Source: Macrostomum lignano
Lineage: Eukaryota
Assembly (NCBI GenBank): GCA_002269645.1
Contig: NIVC01000250.1
Span: 124,001-188,000, forward strand
Direction: 5' to 3'
Length of the DNA: 64,000 nucleotides
Part shown: piece by piece, positions 59,443 through 64,000 of the stretch
Numbering within the stretch: position 1 is the first letter of the stretch
Layout of the letters: every line of letters starts with the position of its first letter
Program-made: the position numbers and the translations under genes
The notes under the pieces: model-generated
Told to the model about the DNA's origin: nothing
Seen by the model: the letters and a program-made list of their open reading frames with translations, nothing else
Databases searched by the model: none

Positions 59443-59649
59443 AAAAAAAGATGCGTCCTCATCAAAATAATGCAACACGCGTGTACATATATGAATGTTA
59501 GCATCCTGGATGTACCACATGTTCTAAGTTAAACACCAATGGTTTTCGATAATATTGGCAATATGGCGACACTTATGAACTGTGGAATAAGTTAATTTTA
59601 ATTTCGTGAACTGAATTTAATCAAGGACTTGATGAGGACGCACTTTTTT
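59443..59649. mobile_element. Small inverted-repeat element (AAAAAAGATGCGTCCTCATCAA / TTGATGAGGACGCACTTTTTT)
   Basis: ~21-bp imperfect TIR, ~200 bp long. TSD not evident. Confidence 0.5.
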
Positions 59650-59671
59650 CCAAACCCCGCGCTAGCACATT

Positions 59672-60263
59672 GGGCCGTATGCAGAAAGCTTAGTACAGAC
59701 TAGCTAGTCCGGACTTGGGTAGTTCAGTCTATGGTCTATGGTCCAGCTACCTTAGTTCTGTCTATACATGGATGAATGAATAGAATGGATTGCTATTCTG
59801 GCTCTGGCTATTTTCGTTTTTGACTCTTTTGCATCCGGTTCCCCCCCGTGCCTTTTCATTGGTTGATGATTGCCATAGACAGTTTTCGGCCTTCGCCCCT
59901 TTCTTTCGATGCACAGGCGCAAAGAACTGAGAATGTCAGTTACTTGCAGAGAATATCGAGCGCTCGTAGGTCTTCCCCCTTTATTTCAAAACACGAGCGA
60001 AAGCGCTTGTGCATCGAAAGAAAGGGGCGAAGGCCGAAAATTGTCTATGGCAATCATCAACCAATGAAAAGGCACGGGGGGGAACCGGATGCAAAAGAGT
60101 CAAAAACGAAAATAGCCAGAGCCAGAATAGCAATCCATTCTATTCATTCATCCATGTGTCTATAGTAGACCGGTCTAACTTTGCGTTTCTGCATACCAAA
60201 TCCAAGTCCAGACTAGCTTTTCAAGACCGGACTACCCTAGACAGAGCTTTCTGCATACGGCCC
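59672..60263. mobile_element. MITE with perfect 20-bp TIR (T)GGGCCGTATGCAGAAAGCT, possibly PIF/Harbinger-type; hosts a nested hAT MITE
   Basis: 59671-59690 is the exact reverse complement of 60245-60264. Flanks ATT/ATG. Confidence 0.75.
59767..60156. mobile_element. 390-bp hAT-type foldback MITE, 154-bp TIRs (~2 mismatches), 8-bp TSD TGTCTATA
   Basis: Arms at 59767-59920 and 60003-60156, beginning CATGG. TSD at 59759-59766 and 60157-60164. Confidence 0.93.
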
Positions 60264-60399
60264 ATGGGCTCTAAACTTACTAGCCTACTAACAGTGGGCA
60301 ATGGACATTTTTATCCTTTTTCTGCGAATTGTCATAGAATCTATACTAGATATAATGTTTGGTCATACTAGTAGTCATAATAACATAGGCATAGCTTTT

Positions 60400-62214
60400 T
60401 GGGTCATAAATCATCGCTTTCGAAGTTGGTCTGACAGCGACCTGCGCCTCACTCAGTGTTGAGGCGGGCGCCAGATGGTCTGAGAGGATGCGGGCGGTAG
60501 CTTTTTTCTCATCATTTTGACAGGCCATCAAGATTTATGAGGTCAGAGCCTATTGTTCGTGTTCACTCAAGCGTGTGACAGCTTTGACAGCTATGCGTTT
60601 TACCCCTAAAAGTACTTTGGAATTAGCGATTAGCGATTTCTCTTCATTATCTTCACTTTCTATTAAATAAGAGCTTTCTAATGTATATTTTTTCATTAAT
60701 TTCTGTCAATCCTACGCGAAAAGTCATAAATCATTTCGTTGCGATTTTGATTGATTTATGGCCGCACCTGTCATATTTTTGCGACCCTGGGGAACTGATA
60801 GGATCTCTCGGTCACGTGATTCTGGGTGGCAACAAGCTTAGCCAATCAGAAAATTCGACGCTCATTTTAACAAAACGGCTCAGCCAATCAGAATCGACGT
60901 GTTCCATTATAACAAACTGCGGTCCAGTTGGCGGCTATTTAAACCGGTGTTTTTGGCCCGCTCGGACCTCAACCTCCTGGGACCTTAGCCTAGCTTGAGA
61001 CATCCCGGAGCGCGACCGTCGTTTCTTGATCCCCGGATTGCGACTCCCCCCATCATCATCAAGGACGAATCCCCCCGGTCATCAGCAGCGAACATCAAAG
61101 TTAAGATCATCACCTGCTAGCTATCTGCGAAGAGTGTGACATCAGCATCATCCCGGGTCTACAGCTGCGAAGCATCAAGCCGATTCGGTCGCTGTGGATT
61201 ACCTGGTCTTCGGCTGTTGAGTTTCTGATTGGTTGGGTGAGAGGCTACCTAGACTTGCTTGGTTGGGTGATCCCTTATCTGTCCCCTGTTTCAGTAGCTG
61301 GATTAGGCGCACAGTTTTGCTCATTTTGTTCAGTAGTGCTGTTACTGAGGCAGAAATCATTCAATAATACTGCTAGTAGTCTGAAACTCCAATTCAATCT
61401 GAAGTGTGAAGTGATTTAAGGAGAAGGTTAAATCTGACAGTTATTTTTATCGGTTTTATTTCTTTGTTCGCCGATGGCTCAGAGGAGTAGCTAAGCCAGT
61501 AGGCGCCGGTCAGAGTGGACCAATGGCAAGGCAGTTCTCAGTCGATCAATCTATCAAATCAGTGAGCAAAATTGCCAATAGTGCAAAATCGGCGCCAGAG
61601 ATGTACTTTGTGCACTCTAGGTTCGCCAAGCGGCTCGGGTAATGAATCATGCGGTCTCTGAAGTTCGAGTTAGTCTATCATCAGCGCTATGAGAGGCTGG
61701 TTGGCGCGTTGAAGGCCAAAAGTACAATTCTTCGTATTTAGCAATGTAATAGTACATGTAGCTACCCCATAGTCTCACCACTGCAAGAATCCCCTGCACA
61801 AGTCCCCTCTGTACCTGCATGGCCAATGCGATCTAGTCCCAGCAGTGTCCCTTATCATCGGCTATGACTTCGAGATAGACAGCAAAAAGACACTAGTTGG
61901 CAGGTAAGTGCAAAGCCCCTTCTAGTCGGAAGCCCGATTTCGAGAGTCCCGGTGTGGTGAGCCAGGACGTACGGGCTGGTGGCAGCGAGTTAGCTAACCT
62001 GTGGGTTAACTAATTTCTACCTTCAAAATTCTCCCTGCTTGTCTCTCGCTGTCCCTCTTTTAGCTATAGGACCTAGACTGCTCGCCACACGATCAAGCTA
62101 CCATGGGGCTGATCATCTGACAGGAGTGGGGGGCCAGGACTCTAATTGATTTATTTCTGAGACCTGAGGCCCGAAGGCTTCCCCACAAGGGGGCCAAAAG
62201 GTCGAAACCCATCA
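60400..62214 (+). mobile_element. LTR-like promoter element, copy B (sense on plus)
   Basis: AGCCAATCAG x2 (60840-60892), CTATTTAAA at ~60936, GCAG|GTAAGT at ~61903, and a 3' end ..CCCATCA. Diverged inverse copy of 57406-59200. Confidence 0.6.
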
Positions 62215-62469
62215 GACTACTTAAGTACAGATAAATATACATTACTTCAGTCGTCCTTGAATTTAATACTGTGGTACGTATAATTATTGTTAACTATAGC
62301 CTGTGTCGTGTCTGATTTGATATTTGTTATCAAATATCAAGCGCGGAAGAGACGCACATTCAGGCCGTCCTTGAGTTAAAGACATTTCTGAGCAGATGCG
62401 TCGCGCGCCAGTTCTGATTCCTCCTGTCGGAGACGATGGATCAGTCCGGACTCGTTGCTGGCGATCCGA

Positions 62470-62745
62470 TCGTAGTGCCTCTCAAACACCTGCTCACCAA
62501 GGGAGCGAGCATGGAAGTGGGTGATCCCACGAGGACCACTTAGCCTGATCCGTGCTTTAAGTCAGCTGCTGCTGGATTCCGGCGCCCGATCCACTTCAAC
62601 CCGGACGTGCCTCTTCGAACGGAGCACAACGCGTCAGCATACACCACCTGATCGTGATAGGGCAGGACCATGCGATTGAAGTCGCTGGCTGACCTCGGCC
62701 CAGCAAAATTACTCCCAGCTGGACAAGGAGGCGCTGCATGGCAAT
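62470..62745 (+). mobile_element. Degenerate Ty3/gypsy RT-connection/RNase H remnant
   Basis: Broken frames give LKHLLTKG, HFNPDVPLRTEHNASAY (compare HFDP..PL.LxxDAS.YG) and NYSQLDKEAL, a typical gypsy RNase H motif. Confidence 0.75.
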
Positions 62746-63182
62746 CGTCTTTACGGCATTCGGCGTGTCGAGAAAATAAGACTAAAAACTAAACTAAAGA
62801 CTATTAAATTGGAGTTAAATTGATACTGAGAGAGAAAATGAGCAGAAGACGATCCAACGAGCGAGACTGAGTGCCCCCGGCAAACGAATCGAGACCATGG
62901 ACCGGCAGACACAACAGGACGCGCACTGAGCAGACGAATGAGCAGCGAGGGCCAGACGAGAAAATTGCGAGGGCCAGACGAGAAGACTGCGAGGGGCAGA
63001 CGAGAAGACGGCGGGATCACATCACTGTCACGATTTGCACTTGACGAGTGCTGTGCAGATCAATGTTATTTTAGTTCAGGTGCCATGTCGAGAAAATAGC
63101 AAACAACTACATTTCTAGGCTGGCCTGCAGGCAGCCACTTTTTTTACACTCAGATGATCAGCGATGATCAGCTGCCGGCATC

Positions 63183-64000
63183 CCGTGTTACGGCGTGTCG
63201 TGCGTTCCAGCATGTTTGCCTCGATTACTGCGGCCCCCTCATCTACCGCAGGGGGAGGATGACGGCCAACATAAAGCCTACAATCTATTGTTGACCTGTA
63301 CTAGCACACGAGCAGTACATCTCGAACTCGTCACTGACTTGACAACGCAGTCATTCCTTCTGAGCCTGAGACGCTTCTGTGCCCGCCGAGGTGTACCATC
63401 GATTATCTCTGACAACTTCAAAACCTTCCATGCGGCGGGCAGGCTACTGGATGCAGAAGAAGCTCCATTACGGACTCAAGCAGGTCAAGATTTTCTGAGC
63501 AGCCGCCGAGTCACCTGGACATTCATTCCCGAGCGAGCTCCATGAATGGGAGGCTTCTATGAGACTGGTCGGCGTAGTGAAATCAGTGCTCAAGAAGACA
63601 ATCGGAAGGGCTTTCCTGACCGTCGAGGAGCTGTCGACAGTAATCTGTGAGGCGGAAGCGGTTGTAAACTCAAAACCGCTTGGCTTTGTGTCTTCCGGCG
63701 AGCAATCAGAAGTCATCACACCTGGTCATTTCCTCGTTCTGCGCCGCCTGACAAAAGAACCAGAGGACGAAGCGGAAGTTTCAATGGTCCTTGCCGCTTC
63801 CCGAAAGGCTCCGAAAGTCCAGACAATCGCTGAACAAGTTCTGGAAGGAGTGGCAAGCACAGTACATTCTGGCCCTCCGTGAGCGATCATCTAAAGACGG
63901 TCGAACATCGAATCGGGAAATACGAGCTGGTGACGTAGTGTTAGTGATGGATGCCGGATTGCCAAGACTTCAATGGAAGCTTGCAGTTGTCGAAGCTGTG
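63183..64000 (+). mobile_element. Degenerate BEL/Pao LTR-retrotransposon integrase plus C-terminal domain; runs off the window
   Basis: LDYCGP, LLTCTSTRAVHLELVTDLTTQSFLLSLRRFCARRGVPSIISDN..TF, WTFIPERAP*MGGFYE, VNSKPL, ITPGHFL. Contains a stop and frameshifts. Confidence 0.92.

Overview
Eukaryotic genomic DNA with spliceosomal introns and no prokaryotic features or CRISPR. GC-rich exons with poly-Ala/Gln runs and introns filled with minisatellites resemble the flatworm Macrostomum (my inference, not verified). I assembled four protein-coding genes by hand with splice phases checked. (1) The 3' three exons of an innexin (+). (2) A 944-aa kinectin/RRBP1-like ER coiled-coil protein (-), 8 exons, one GC-AG intron. 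(3) A 435-aa secreted protein with three tandem F-type lectin domains (-). (4) A ~4,990-aa RNF213/mysterin-like multi-AAA+ ATPase (-), with a 10.8-kb exon, no visible RING, a seemingly degenerate RZ finger, and six same-direction frameshifts plus two stops. The rest is intronic mini/microsatellites, a tRNA-derived SINE family, several MITEs with TSDs, a CACTA-like element, an inverted pair of ~1.8-kb LTR-like promoter elements around nested MITEs, and gypsy and BEL/Pao remnants. Most long ORFs in the supplied track are tandem-repeat artefacts. Best leads: inverted related minisatellites bracketing innexin exons; a tandem array of acceptor-like motifs; an LTR-like element aimed at the RNF213-like gene, carrying a splice donor and Pbx-Hox/Meis-type sites; and the atypical RNF213-like E3 region.
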